Origin: Glycera tridactyla
Lineage: Eukaryota
DNA length: 64,000 nucleotides
Direction of reading: 5' to 3'
Assembly (NCBI GenBank): GCA_965644265.1
Contig: OZ286461.1
Coordinates: 63,984,001 to 64,048,000, forward strand
Made by a program: the position numbers and the translations under genes. Each line of letters opens with the position of its first letter. Position 1 is the stretch's first letter. Positions 28,293-39,610 of the stretch are shown in pieces. A model generated the notes under the pieces. The model ran no database searches and was not told the DNA's origin. It worked only from the letters and a program-made list of their open reading frames with translations.

Positions 28293-28931
28293 AACCTAAC
28301 ATACAGAATAAGTGTCAAAATTACATATTCCACTTACTATATACGAGAAATACATACTGCACGAGACTATTTACACGGAAAAGGTCATCCTATCACGGAT
28401 TTTCACTGAAAAATTCAGTGAAATTAATCAAATGAAGGGCTACACAATTTGAACATATAACTAGTAGTAGTAGTAGTAGTGATAGGATTATAAGTCTATG
28501 GTCTGCACCTTCGTATTTGTATGTTCCAGGTGTGGCGCCGGAGCGTGACTGGTATACGAGGTACCAAAGCCGAGAGAAACATCCAACGCTCAAAGATCCG
28601 AATCATTCGCATGTTGATTGTAGTCGCCGTCTTTTTCACCATCTCCTGGCTGCCTCTCTATTCCATCCGTGTCCGCATCCTTTATGGTCCTCCCATGCCC
28701 TGGGAAGAACAAAAGGTGACGGGAGTGCTCACCCCGATCGCTCAGTGGCTTGGTTCGGCTAACAGCTGTGTCAATCCCTTCATCTACTGCTACTTTAGCG
28801 AACAATTCCGGAAGGGCATGTTGGCTTTACTACAAGGACGTCCATGCGCTCGACGTCAGTCGGGAGCTGTGAATACGGAGATCATACCTTACCCCAATTC
28901 ACGTGCGGTCAACAGCAATGCACACACGTAA
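19517..28931 (+). CDS. SIFaR: Class A neuropeptide GPCR, SIFamide/NPFF-receptor-like (partial gene model, 4 exons, TM3 to stop; 5' exon(s) not seen)
   Basis: Spliced translation: WHFGPFLCKAIPYLQAVVVSASVNTLAAIALER-YFAIFWP...PWAYYYSQ-VPYPTKK...LTICYPQF...CYLVPLSFICIFYCMIGAK-VWRRSV...ISWLPLY...PIAQWLGSANSCVNPFIYCYFSEQFR. It has ERY, the WLP motif (CWxP equivalent) and NPFIY. SASVNTL and IAQWLGS.NSC.NP resemble SIFa/NPFF receptors. All three introns are GT-AG with matching phases (2,0,0). GPCR identity is certain; subfamily is by motif recall only. Confidence 0.8.
19790..19935. repeat. (CT)n-rich polypyrimidine tract
   Basis: Direct reading. Confidence 0.9.
24440..24720 (+). repeat. Further copy of the CCATGGCAAC-type repeat family
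   Basis: AAATGTGTGATTTCTGGTTAAAATTCTTGGCTACCATGGTTGCCATGGCAATC aligns with 2392-2445 and 1434-1485. Confidence 0.55.
25534..25657 (+). CDS. GPCR exon: ICL2-TM4 (R-YFAIFWPHRVIIRPNYAAGIISILWIIPCCIQVPWAYYYSQ)
   Basis: Acceptor ggttgttgcag|g completes CGG (Arg); donor cag|gtcagt in phase 0. Conserved TM4 Trp and Pro. This frame is not in the ORF track. Confidence 0.9.
25991..26640 (+). repeat. About 650-bp unclassified interspersed repeat, copy A (GPCR intron)
   Basis: Co-linear with 62081-62690 in the same orientation, roughly 85% identical by eye. Confidence 0.9.
27612..27776 (+). CDS. GPCR exon: ECL2-TM5 (VPYPTKKYVLPLTICYPQFPDPEFERGFFLGAVFLTCYLVPLSFICIFYCMIGAK)
   Basis: Acceptor tttcgttgcag|gta; donor aag|gtgagc; both phase 0. 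ECL2 Cys and TM5 CYLVPL...Y. Confidence 0.92.
27918..28290. repeat. Cluster of (GAT/AAT)n, (GTA)n and (TA)n microsatellites in the last GPCR intron
   Basis: Direct reading. Confidence 0.9.
28530..28931 (+). CDS. GPCR last coding exon: ICL3-TM6-TM7-C-tail
   Basis: Acceptor tgttccag|gtg; SWLPLY, NSCVNPFIY, helix-8 FR; stop TAA at 28929-28931. Confidence 0.95.
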   Translation: MWRRSVTGIRGTKAERNIQRSKIRIIRMLIVVAVFFTISWLPLYSIRVRILYGPPMPWEEQKVTGVLTPIAQWLGSANSCVNPFIYCYFSEQFRKGMLALLQGRPCARRQSGAVNTEIIPYPNSRAVNSNAHT

Positions 28932-30361
28932 AAGAAGAACACTTGCGAGTCACCGGCTGGCAATAGAACGCCCTTTTTACCAGATTGTTTCGTCTACTCT
29001 CCAACTGGTGGAGACTGCGAATATAAGTATTGGAGGTATATCACTATCTCATAGAACCTATCAACAGAACGAGACTCTCTGGAAAAATTCTGTCTGCAGG
29101 CATCATGACCTCCATTTGTACAGTTTCAGACAATCCACTCATATGTATTGCTTCTTGTCTATTATGTGATGGTTTTTAGTTATTCTGATATACCGGTTAC
29201 GTTCTTCTTCTTGCATGTTGCAAATCAATCCGTGGAATATCATTTTTGTAACCAAAATGTCGTGATATGTTACGAGCCGAGGGCTGAAATCGGCTAATTT
29301 ACTTCTCTCGCTGTTAGATCGTAGGAGAATGTACCAACCCCTCATAGAATTGAAACCAAAAAAAGTCTCTCATTGGAGCTCAAAAGGAGGAGCCTCAAAC
29401 AACCCGTCGTCGTCGTCTTGATATAGCACAGATGTTGCCAACGGTATAGAAATCAATCAAGGGAATGTGGTATTGAAAAATGAATCGAAGCATTATCGAG
29501 CATTATTTCTGATTTCTAATTTCTAATTGGAAACAGACTGAGAACTATTTCGATTTGTCGTGCTTGATCGAGTAGGAGCAAATCCGCAAGCAGGTATATA
29601 TGGATGGATTTGTGCTATCTTGATGATATGTCTAGCATCATCATCACTATTTTCATCTTCGTCATTAGCATCATCCGCATCTATCATCAACTTCTATCAT
29701 CGTTATCATCATTATCATTATCACTATCATTATCGTGATCATTAAGATCATCTTATTATCACGATTATCCTTATCAATGTGGATATCTTTTTATCATGAT
29801 TATTGTTATCAATGTTGATATCTTATTATCATGATTATCGTTATCAGTGTTGATATCTGCATTAGTATGAACATCATTTCCATCGTTTCGATCTTCATTA
29901 CATTCAATCTAACTGCCATCATTATAATTCCTCTATGTGTATCCATGTCATTGTCATCTTACAAGATGCAGACATATCTGTTGGGCAGTCCTCCTCTCAC
30001 TGGCAGCATTTCTCTATCCACTAAGCCAGATTTATAGCAGCTGTGAATGTATAAGGCACTCGCACATCATCATCCTCGCCGTCACACCTGCGTCCGTGGA
30101 TAATATGCAATCGCTCACGTAATATCATGTCAGATCTCATGTCCCTGGCCTTGCCAACCTTATCTTTTGCAATGAGAAAAATGACATGGTATAACTATGC
30201 TCGACCAATCGATCATAAGAAGACAGAGAAAGGTCAATGTCTTCACCTGCCTCGGATACTATACTGGCGATCGCCTTGCTCTTCACCAGTCACTCTGTAA
30301 ATTCTAAAAAATCATAATATGAATCGATCATCCAGAAAATGCGTCACATACACTGCTCAAG

Positions 30362-30690
30362 AGCACAGTATGGTATGATACCATACAGTACAGAGCCTAC
30401 AGTGTAGTACACTACAAGGCAAGGCAAAGCAGGGTAGTGCAGTGCAGTAGGTAACAGTTTTGCATAATACATTGCAGTGTTGTACAGTGGAGAAGGCACA
30501 TTACGATACAGTACAGTACAATGCGGTATCTTACATTGCAGCCCCGCAATCTAGAGTGCCGCATGGTATCGTACAGTACAGTGGGGTAGAAATGATACAG
30601 TATATTACACAATTATTGAAAGTACAATACTCTGCAATACAAAACAATACAGTACGATACAATATACAACAAACTGCAATATAATGCAAT
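30362..30690. repeat. Degenerate pentanucleotide repeat (TACAG/TACAA-like)
   Basis: Direct reading; 5-nt periodicity. Confidence 0.8.
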
Positions 30691-33600
30691 GAGAGTATTA
30701 TATCACATCGTTCATGTACTTGAGTGACCATACATACATGAAACATAAACATATATTTACACACTTTTCTGGCCACGATATTAATTTCTCGTGAAAGGTT
30801 CCAATGACTTCAGAAAGTTTGACATCACAATTTGTTCGGCAGGAATATACGAACCGACATCTCCATCCTATAATTTCACCTGTTCGCATCATCGGGAGCA
30901 CATTGATTGATCAAGTGTTGTTTAACATCCTGATATACTTGTATAATATCATATATCGGCGGGTTATTGGGAATCTTAAATAGTGATGGGTTGTAGTTTT
31001 GACAGACCATCACAGCTTAGTGTAGAAACACAAGAATGTATATTTACAAATTTCAGAAGCATTTTGTCATATATCCACCAAAAGATCAGATGAACATAGG
31101 TGATGAAAGAACCAGAGTTAGATGGCCACGAGTGTTAGGCAGTCCTAGAAGTTAGCAAATCAGGCTGGATCATTTTGGCAATGGCCACCTTGTTGCAACG
31201 TGCTGAATGTGACCACTTACTTTGCAGCCGCGCCCTGACATGGCCACAGCTAATCAGCTTGATTGGCTGACCAGGCACAATGGCATGTTTGTGTGTCTGC
31301 AGTACATTTGGTGAACGACCAACAGTGTACACGATACCTATATCTCGTGAGTATATCAGTGACAACAGTGAACATCTGAGTTATAGGTAGTCTGAGAATG
31401 CAATATCGCGATACTCTAGATCAGAGTAATACCTGTCACCTAATACATTCACGAGGAACGGGCTGAAAGCTTATCCGCATGAAATTATTTCACACCAATC
31501 ACCGAAACTAGAAGGGTCCATACGTATGCCCAGTGGGCTTCATGGACATTCAAATCCAATCGAAAGAAGAGACAATTCGTTACATATCTTCGTGCATCTG
31601 ACCATGCAGGAGTGTGACCTCCCATTTAAGCATGTATAAATGTACAACTCATTTTTCTGATGTGGGAATCGTTCGGAAATATATGATATTCGCTGCTGAT
31701 TTCATAGCAAGTGAATGACAGAACTGATGAAAAGGCATCATGGATATCTGGTTACTCAGCAGTGGTGGTGTTTTTTCGACTACAAACGTATTCAGCCAAT
31801 TCATTTTGACAATACCTTCTGGTACTCCATAGACCTGCTAGATTGATTCCTGTGGTCTCCTTGGTACCTTTCACGAGGCGATGATTAGATATCTGAGGTG
31901 AGAGGATCAGCACATGTGAGTGTTAAGGCTGCACATTGCGTGTGGTTCTCGGTGGTGATTTTCGCAGTGTGAATGATATCAGGCGATTAAGCTAGGTGCA
32001 TAAAGTGTGAGGGCTCACACTATTAGATTTGTCCTGATTTCCCACAAGGCCAGTCACACATCTCATCAAACCACGTTTGTTCATGGCGGCAACTCTCCCA
32101 CATCCGACCCCCTATTAATGGTAACCAATCATCAAAATGCTCGTTATCCCGGTGTAATTCTCAGGCTAGCCTGATGTCACTTTCATGGAACTGCAGTCAG
32201 GAATTCTCTAATATGGACACAGGGATACCACAGGGATACCATTCCCAGCGAATCCACCGTTATGGTGTCTTTCGTATAGCTGCATGCATTCATAGCCTAC
32301 GCTATCGGTCATTATCATCACGATCATAATCATTCTCCCGGAGCTACCAAATATCTTTTTTTGTGAGGCCACCCTAATCTCGATCGATTCGACTTAGGCC
32401 ATGGACAGAAATGTCCCAGAGAATGTCCTTTGGGGAGAGTACTGAGAGAATCTCAACCAGAGAAGTAATCATATATTTTTTCGCTTAGATAGATATTAAG
32501 ACTTTTCTGATGGGGTGATGCTATCACTGCTATACACAGCTGCATGTTGGGATGGGGGATGGAGGTTGTCTGATTATTCGTGATTTTATCAACGTGATGT
32601 TTATTATGATATGTTTACATAAGAGGCACCAGATGATATCAGTATTATCCGCTGGGTTTAGACATTGCTCATTCGACATTCTTTCTTGTTGAGATCACAA
32701 TCACAGAAATGATACATTCGACCCGGTTGGATAGGCATACTGGAGTACACCGGTTTCGGGAAAGGAATTATAGCAGTAATAGTAATGATAATAATGATAC
32801 GGATAATGATGATAATAGTAATACTAATGATAATGAAAATGATAATGATAATATTGATAATAATAATGAAATGTATGATAACAATGATAGCGAGGACCAT
32901 ATGATTGGGGATGAGTGACACATGAGATATCCACGAACTGGTAGTAACGAAAATGAAACGACCGAGATGTAACAGTGCAGGTGTTATGCGAGCTTGTAAA
33001 CTATTACGTAGTATCCCTCAAAATAATCCTGAAAAATTCTTGGGTATGATGGTATCATTATGCATGTTAACGCAAAAGAATGTGGTTCCTAATTTAGGCT
33101 AGGAATATTCCTAAAGATTTCGATCCATCTTAGCCACTGCCTGTCTAAATGAGGTTCCAAGCGATGTCGGGGATATTGAGTTGCAACTACGCGTATGGGG
33201 TTAATCCGAGAGGACATATTATCTCTCAACCAATACTTCATGATGGGGATACACTAGGCAGATCCTCTGCAGCGCTATCATATCATAGATTCATATCTAG
33301 TATTGGTATATTAGACGGGGTGGTCAGGATGAAGTACTGTGGAGGAATATTTGCTGGATAGGGAGAAAATACTCTTGGGAAGCGAGCATCATCAGAGAGC
33401 TACATACATCTTCGCGCTGACTCAAGCTCTGTATCTCGAGGAATGCATGATCGTTGTCCCAACATCTATATATGATATCTGGCCATCGAAATTGTGGTGA
33501 ATTCCAACAATAGTTGATGTCATCTGTGACTGTGAAATCAAGAAAGGATTTTCACTGACTGACGCGTGAGGGGGCAAGGAGCATCAAATACTCAAGAGGT

Positions 33601-34661
33601 TCGATTGGATGAGTAATGTATATTGTCCCTTTAATCAGGGCAGGCTGATTTGATGAGAAAGCATTCTTAGCAGTTCTAACAAATATAGGCCCATTGGCGA
33701 TTGCTGATCTGGAAGTGAACACTTCATACTGAAGGTAACAAGATTCAATGGAGGGAGGGTGTGAGAGACAAGCAACCTCCGATGATGGAGAGAGGGCATC
33801 GAGAGCATCAGGATTGGAGCATGAGATGAGTAGCAATCCTTGCACTGCAACTGCACCTGCAACCTTGTGACATGGTCCTCACCATAAATCGAATAATGGT
33901 TGTCATGTAATGGGATTATCACTATCACCCTCAGGCCATAAAACCTCTTCATTTCATCATTTTCTCCCTGATGGGGTCCAGCAATGAGCACGTTGGCTCT
34001 ATTTCACCAATTGGCCATACCATAAATTGCGTTGCACTTCATTATGTCCTGTTTCAGTTTGAGTGCCTTCAGTTCTCAGATGCGGGACACATAGATTGGG
34101 TGGTACACAACTGCGCGACATGATATCAGTGTCAGATCTGTTCGGAGATCACTTACAAAGCTAACTAGGGGTTTATTTCAATTCAGAATATCGATCTTCT
34201 TGTTATCAGCAATTTCGAACGCCATGATACTCTCGTGTTGCACTCACGTCATCGTATTACACCTTATTAGTTCATTATGATGTATGATCATCGTTCTCTG
34301 ATTCGTGCGGATTTGTGGGACGAGGACGCATCTTGTGCATCTGATGTTTTGTGAATTGTTTTTCATGTGATATATGGAAAGAAATGATTTCAATTCTTGC
34401 GGATCTCATGATGAACTTTTACCCCTGTCCGCCGCATTGGTTCTATAATTTAGTAATTCAGGAGCTCGTGAGATGAACACAGTCAAGGAACGAAAAGTAT
34501 AACAATATTTGATCAGTACGCGGTGAGGCATGCTCAGTTAATTTTCCAACCAACCAATCAATCAATCAACAGTCCGTTGGACTGAAGCACGATAACCTTT
34601 AAAACTCTTGAACAATTCTTACAAGTTTATGGATGAGAGTGTAGACACGTATTGCAGTAAT

Positions 34662-36234
34662 AGCAGGTTCGATAATAGCGTGCGTCAGCCGAATGCATCC
34701 CTCTTATCTCGAGCAGGTTTGAGAGTAGTGTGCGTCTGCCGAATGCATCCCTCTTATCTCAAGCAGGTTACAGAGTAGCGTGCATCAGCCGAATGCATCC
34801 CTCTTATCTCAAGCAGGTTTTAGAGTAGTGTGCGTCAGCCGAATGCATCCCTCTTATCTCAAGCAGGTTTTAGAGTAGCGTGCGTCAGCCGAGTGCATCC
34901 CTCTTATCTCAAGCAGGTTTGAGAGTAGTGTGCGTCTGCCGAATGCATCCCTCTTATCTCAAGCAGGTTTGAGAGTAGTGTGCGTCTGCCGAATGCATCC
35001 CTCTTATCTCAAGCAGGTTTTAGAGTAGCGTGCATCAGCCGAATGCATCCCTCTTATCTCAAGCAGGTTTTAGAGTAGCGTGCGTCAGCCGAATGCATCC
35101 CTCTTATCTTGAGCAGGTTTGAGAGTAGCGTGCATCAGCCGAATGCATCCCTCTTATCTTGAGCAGGTTTGTGAGTAGCGTGCGTCAGCCGAATGCATCC
35201 TCTTATCTTGAGCAGGTTTGAGAGTAGCGTGCATCAGCCGAATGCATCCCTCTTATCTTGAGCAGGTTTGAGTGTAGCGTGCATCAGCCGAATGCATCCC
35301 TCTTATCTGGAGCAGGTTTGAGAGTAGCGTGCATCAGCCGAATGCATCCCTCTTATCTCGAGCAGGTTTGTGAGTAGCGTGCATCAGCCGAATGCATCCT
35401 TCTTATCATAAGCAGATTTATGAGTAGCATGCGTCAGCCAAATGCATCCCCTACATCTTTGAGAGGTTTGAGAGTAGCATGCGTCAGCCGAGTGCATCCT
35501 TCATAGCTTTCGCAGGTTTGAAAGTAGCATGCGTCAGCCGAATGCATCCCTCTTATCTCAAGCAGGTTTGAGAGTAGTGTGCGTCTGCCGAATGCATCCC
35601 TCTTATCTCAAGCAGGTTTTAGAGTAGCGTGCATCAGCCGAATGCATCCCTCTTATCTCAAGCAGGTTTTAGAGTAGCGTGCGTCAGCCGAATGCATCCC
35701 TCTTATCTTGAGCAGGTTTGAGAGTAGCGTGCATCAGCCGAATGCATCCCTCTTATCTTGAGCAGGTTTGTGAGTAGCGTGCGTCAGCCGAATGCATCCT
35801 CTTATCTTGAGCAGGTTTGAGAGTAGCGTGCATCAGCCGAATGCATCCCTCTTATCTTGAGCAGGTTTGAGTGTAGCGTGCATCAGCCGAATGCATCCCT
35901 CTTATCTGGAGCAGGTTTGAGAGTAGCGTGCATCAGCCGAATGCATCCCTCTTATCTCGAGCAGGTTTGTGAGTAGCGTGCATCAGCCGAATGCATCCTT
36001 CTTATCATAAGCAGATTTATGAGTAGCATGCGTCAGCCAAATGCATCCCCTACATCTTTGAGAGGTTTGAGAGTAGCATGCGTCAGCCGAGTGCATCCTT
36101 CATAGCTTTCGCAGGTTTGAAAGTAGCATGCGTCAGCCGAGTGCATCCTCCATAGCTTTCGCAGGTTTGAAAGTAGCATGCGTCAGCCGAATGCATCCCT
36201 CCCATCTTTGGCAGGTTTCAGAGTAGCGAGCATC
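34662..36234. repeat. 50-bp minisatellite, about 31 units, with an internal about 600-bp block duplication
   Basis: Unit GAATGCATCCCTCTTATCTCAAGCAGGTTTTAGAGTAGCGTGCATCAGCC; direct tandem, no spacers. Confidence 0.97.
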
Positions 36235-36529
36235 TTTCATATCTTTCTCATATTAGATGCGGGTGAATGAGTCCCTGGTCTGTCTCATGGAAAAGTGGTA
36301 ACACATCCGGGTACTAGTGGTCGGGCCATGCCATTAGCAAAATTTGTGCGAAGCAAGAAAGGCCTATATCTGAACACTGTAACTCAATACTTTAAATCCA
36401 TCCATCAATAACACGAAGATATGTATTTGAAATTAGGCTGGATATCAAAATTCACTACTCAGTTGACATATAGGTACATAATTCAAGACTAAATGATGCC
36501 ATTATATCATATGACTCACAAGGATCTTC

Positions 36530-37050
36530 TTGAGAGACTTTCATGTTCTTTGCTCCATGGTTGCTATGATAACCAAGGACAAATGACCTAAAATGATTGT
36601 AAAATCACATTTTTTCAATTTGTGCAGGCCGTTCCAGCCCCTCCGCATGAGAAACAATTTCATGTTATTACACAATCCATAAGGCCCTGATAGAAAACCA
36701 TAGGGCCTAGCATATTGATGGAAGTTCTCTCGATCAGGTGAGCTGAAATATGTCCAAATTCAGCATTTTTGCAGGTTGTTATGGAATCTCTTCTTACATT
36801 AACACAGACTATTGTCTTATGTGTCAAGGCCTTATGATTTTTGTGAAAGGTCATAAGATAGCTTCATGCTGAAGGTTGATACTTATTTCTGATGAGTGGA
36901 ATGGCCTGTATATTTAGCATTATTCGAGGTGAGTCGAAAAATGAGGGGATTCGAACTTCATGTGACCTTGACCTAGGTTAGTTCCCTGCAAAAAATATAG
37001 ACTAGAACTCTCATGCTCATCATATGCGAAAAATTGAGAGAAAAGGTTGA
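36530..37050. repeat. Further mosaic copy of the same repeat family
   Basis: Reverse-strand AAAATGTGATTTT...GGTTATCATAGCAACCATGG at 36556-36615; AAAATGAGGGGATT shared with about 2166. Confidence 0.45.
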
Positions 37051-37624
37051 AATCTAGATGCACCACGACCATATTACCAGGTTATTGTGAGCATAAATGA
37101 TTATGCCCTGATAAACAGGGCCAGTGTCATTAATGACACTGCGAAGGAGGAAGTAGTGCCTTCATAATTGGTGTAATTGGTGGCACGGGTCAGAACACTT
37201 TCACCATGGGACAAACAGGTGCTTCCAATGCCCTGACCACCCCTGACTATTTTATGAGTGGGTATCACCTCAGCGGACCATCATTTTATAGCCCTGATTT
37301 ACCCTCATCCCCACATAAGGGACTGTGTAGAATTCAGAACCGTTCTGAAATGTCAAATGATACATATTTCTGTAAAGAAATTAGGTACCGATTGGTTTCA
37401 CTTTTTTCAACAAAAGAAATGTGATTCGAGTGAATCATAAGTATTAATGCATTATGAATTTAGTAGAGTCATGCAAGATGGATCTTTTATCTGTACATTG
37501 TGGGAGAAAGTATTTTCCATCGTATGCATCATGAATTAGTAGAGTCATGCAAGATGAATCGATCAGCTTATGGATCAGCACTGAAGATGAGATGTGAACG
37601 TCTAAGCTAGCGTCTCCAAAAAAA

Positions 37625-38355
37625 ATCAGCTAAAGGATCAACAATGTACACGTGAATATCTCAGCTAGTGACAGTGCCATGCAAATATATATCTTCTAGA
37701 GAATCAACACTGAAGATCCAATTGTCTCAATCAGTGACTCTGTCGTGCAAACAGATATCAGCGCAAGGATCAATACTAAAAATCTAATTGTCTCAACTAG
37801 TGACTGTGTCGTGCAAACAGATATCAGACAAAAGATCAACAATGAAGATGTAATTGTCTCAACTAGTGACTATGTTGTGCAAACAGATATCAGACAAAAG
37901 ATCAACAATGAAGATGTATAATTGTCTCAACTAATGTTTGTGTCGTGCAAACAGATATCGGACAAAAGATCAACAATGAAGATGTAATTGTCTCAACCAG
38001 TGATTGTGTCGTGCAAACAGATATCAGACAAAAGATCAACAATGAAGATGTATAATTGTCTCAACTAATGTTTGTGTCGTGCAAACAGATATCAGACAAG
38101 AGATCAACAATGAAGATGTAATTGTCTCAACTAGTGACTATGTTGTGCAAACAGATATCAGACAAAAGATCAACAATGAGATGTAATTGTCTCAACTAGT
38201 GAATGTGTCGTTCGAACAGATATCAGACAAAAGATCAACAATGAAGATGTAATTGTCTCAACTAGTGACTGTGTCGTGCAAACAAATGTCAGCTTAAGGA
38301 CCACAGCTAAGAATGTGATTGTTTCAACCACTGACTGCGTCAACAAAACATATAT
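37625..38355. repeat. 66/68-bp minisatellite, about 11 units
   Basis: Unit TGACTGTGTCGTGCAAACAGATATCAGACAAAAGATCAACAATGAAGATGTAATTGTCTCAACTAG; degenerate at both edges. Confidence 0.93.
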
Positions 38356-38739
38356 CAGACAGTCCTCGAGTGTGCTTGCCCTGCACACATGTCGACCATG
38401 TGAGCGGCTGTGGCTCCTACTCAGGGCTAAAGGAGGGGGCCACACATACGTTCTAACAATTGGTGATGATCTATGATGGTTTTGGGTCACTCAGAATATC
38501 ATATTGTATAGATCTGATACGAATGGAGTTTCATTCTGCATCATGTATGGCTGAACTCACGTGAAGTTATAGTCCGAATACTGTTACGATGCCCCATGTC
38601 TTTCTACGAGTCATATAATCATGTGAGTGTTACATTATGTGTTTCTATTGATATAGACCGGTGTAGTGTGATATATGCCTGTATCATGTATCATTTGTTT
38701 TCTATATAATGACACTAACGTTGGGTGATTCGCACTCGC

Positions 38740-39610
38740 TGTTCACCATGCAATATGTTCTAGGTTGTCCTACGTGGTGGCATGCTTCATAACACCTGTC
38801 AGGGGGCAGTGCATGTCATACTGATTCAGGGAAGGTGAAGGTGTGATTTGTCCCACATCAATTAAATAAGAGATTAGGGCGGTTCAGGTGCTACGAAATG
38901 ATATGGTTTCAACCAATTCACTTTCACCGTGGATGAGGCATGCAGGGATGGGGACATAGACCATCTACCACCTGCTTCATAAAACCTGTCAGAAGGCAGT
39001 TCATGTCATACTGGTTCAAGAAAGGAGAAAGTTTGATCCACCCCACATCAACTAAAAAAGAGATGGGGTGGTTCAGAAGCTACTGAATGGTATGGTTTCA
39101 AACAATTTATCTTCACCGAGAATGAGGCATGCAGAGGTGGGGACATAGACCAACTGTCACCCACATCATATAGCCTGTCAGGCGGCAGTACATGTCGAAT
39201 TGAATCAGGGAGGGTAAAGGTTTGATCCAACTCACATTCAGTAAATATGAGATGAAAGAGGGGGCTAAGAAGGTGAAGAATGTTATGATCTTAACCAATT
39301 TACTTTCATGGTGGTTGAGGTACGCTGAATGGGGACAGAGACAAACTGCCACCCGATTCATATGACCTGCCAGGGGGCAGTACATATCGAATTGATTCAG
39401 AGAAGGTGGAGATTTGATCCGCCTCACATTCATTAAATACCAGACAGGGGTGGGAACAGCAACCAATTCAGTTTCCTGCTTGATTGTTTGTAATTCATCT
39501 TGTCTCACATGGTGATACAGTATACATACATATACAATATATATGTCTCCATATGGGGAGGCGTTTCCGAGGTAACGAAAATGATGAGGCATGCTGAGGT
39601 GGGGACCGAG
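38740..39610. repeat. Old about 190-bp tandem repeat, about 4.5 diverged units
   Basis: TTCACCG...GAGGCATGC..G.TGGGGACATAGAC...CCTGTCAG..GGCAG..CATGTC recurs at 38923, 39112 and about 39305. Confidence 0.8.

Noticed and set aside
34662-36234. 50-bp array as a CRISPR array
   Set aside because: Units are directly tandem with no unique spacers, no cas genes are present, and the context is eukaryotic.
38170-38490. Minus-strand ORF with 22-aa repeats
   Set aside because: It follows from the 66-bp unit length. 68-bp units break the frame and there are no splice signals or homology.
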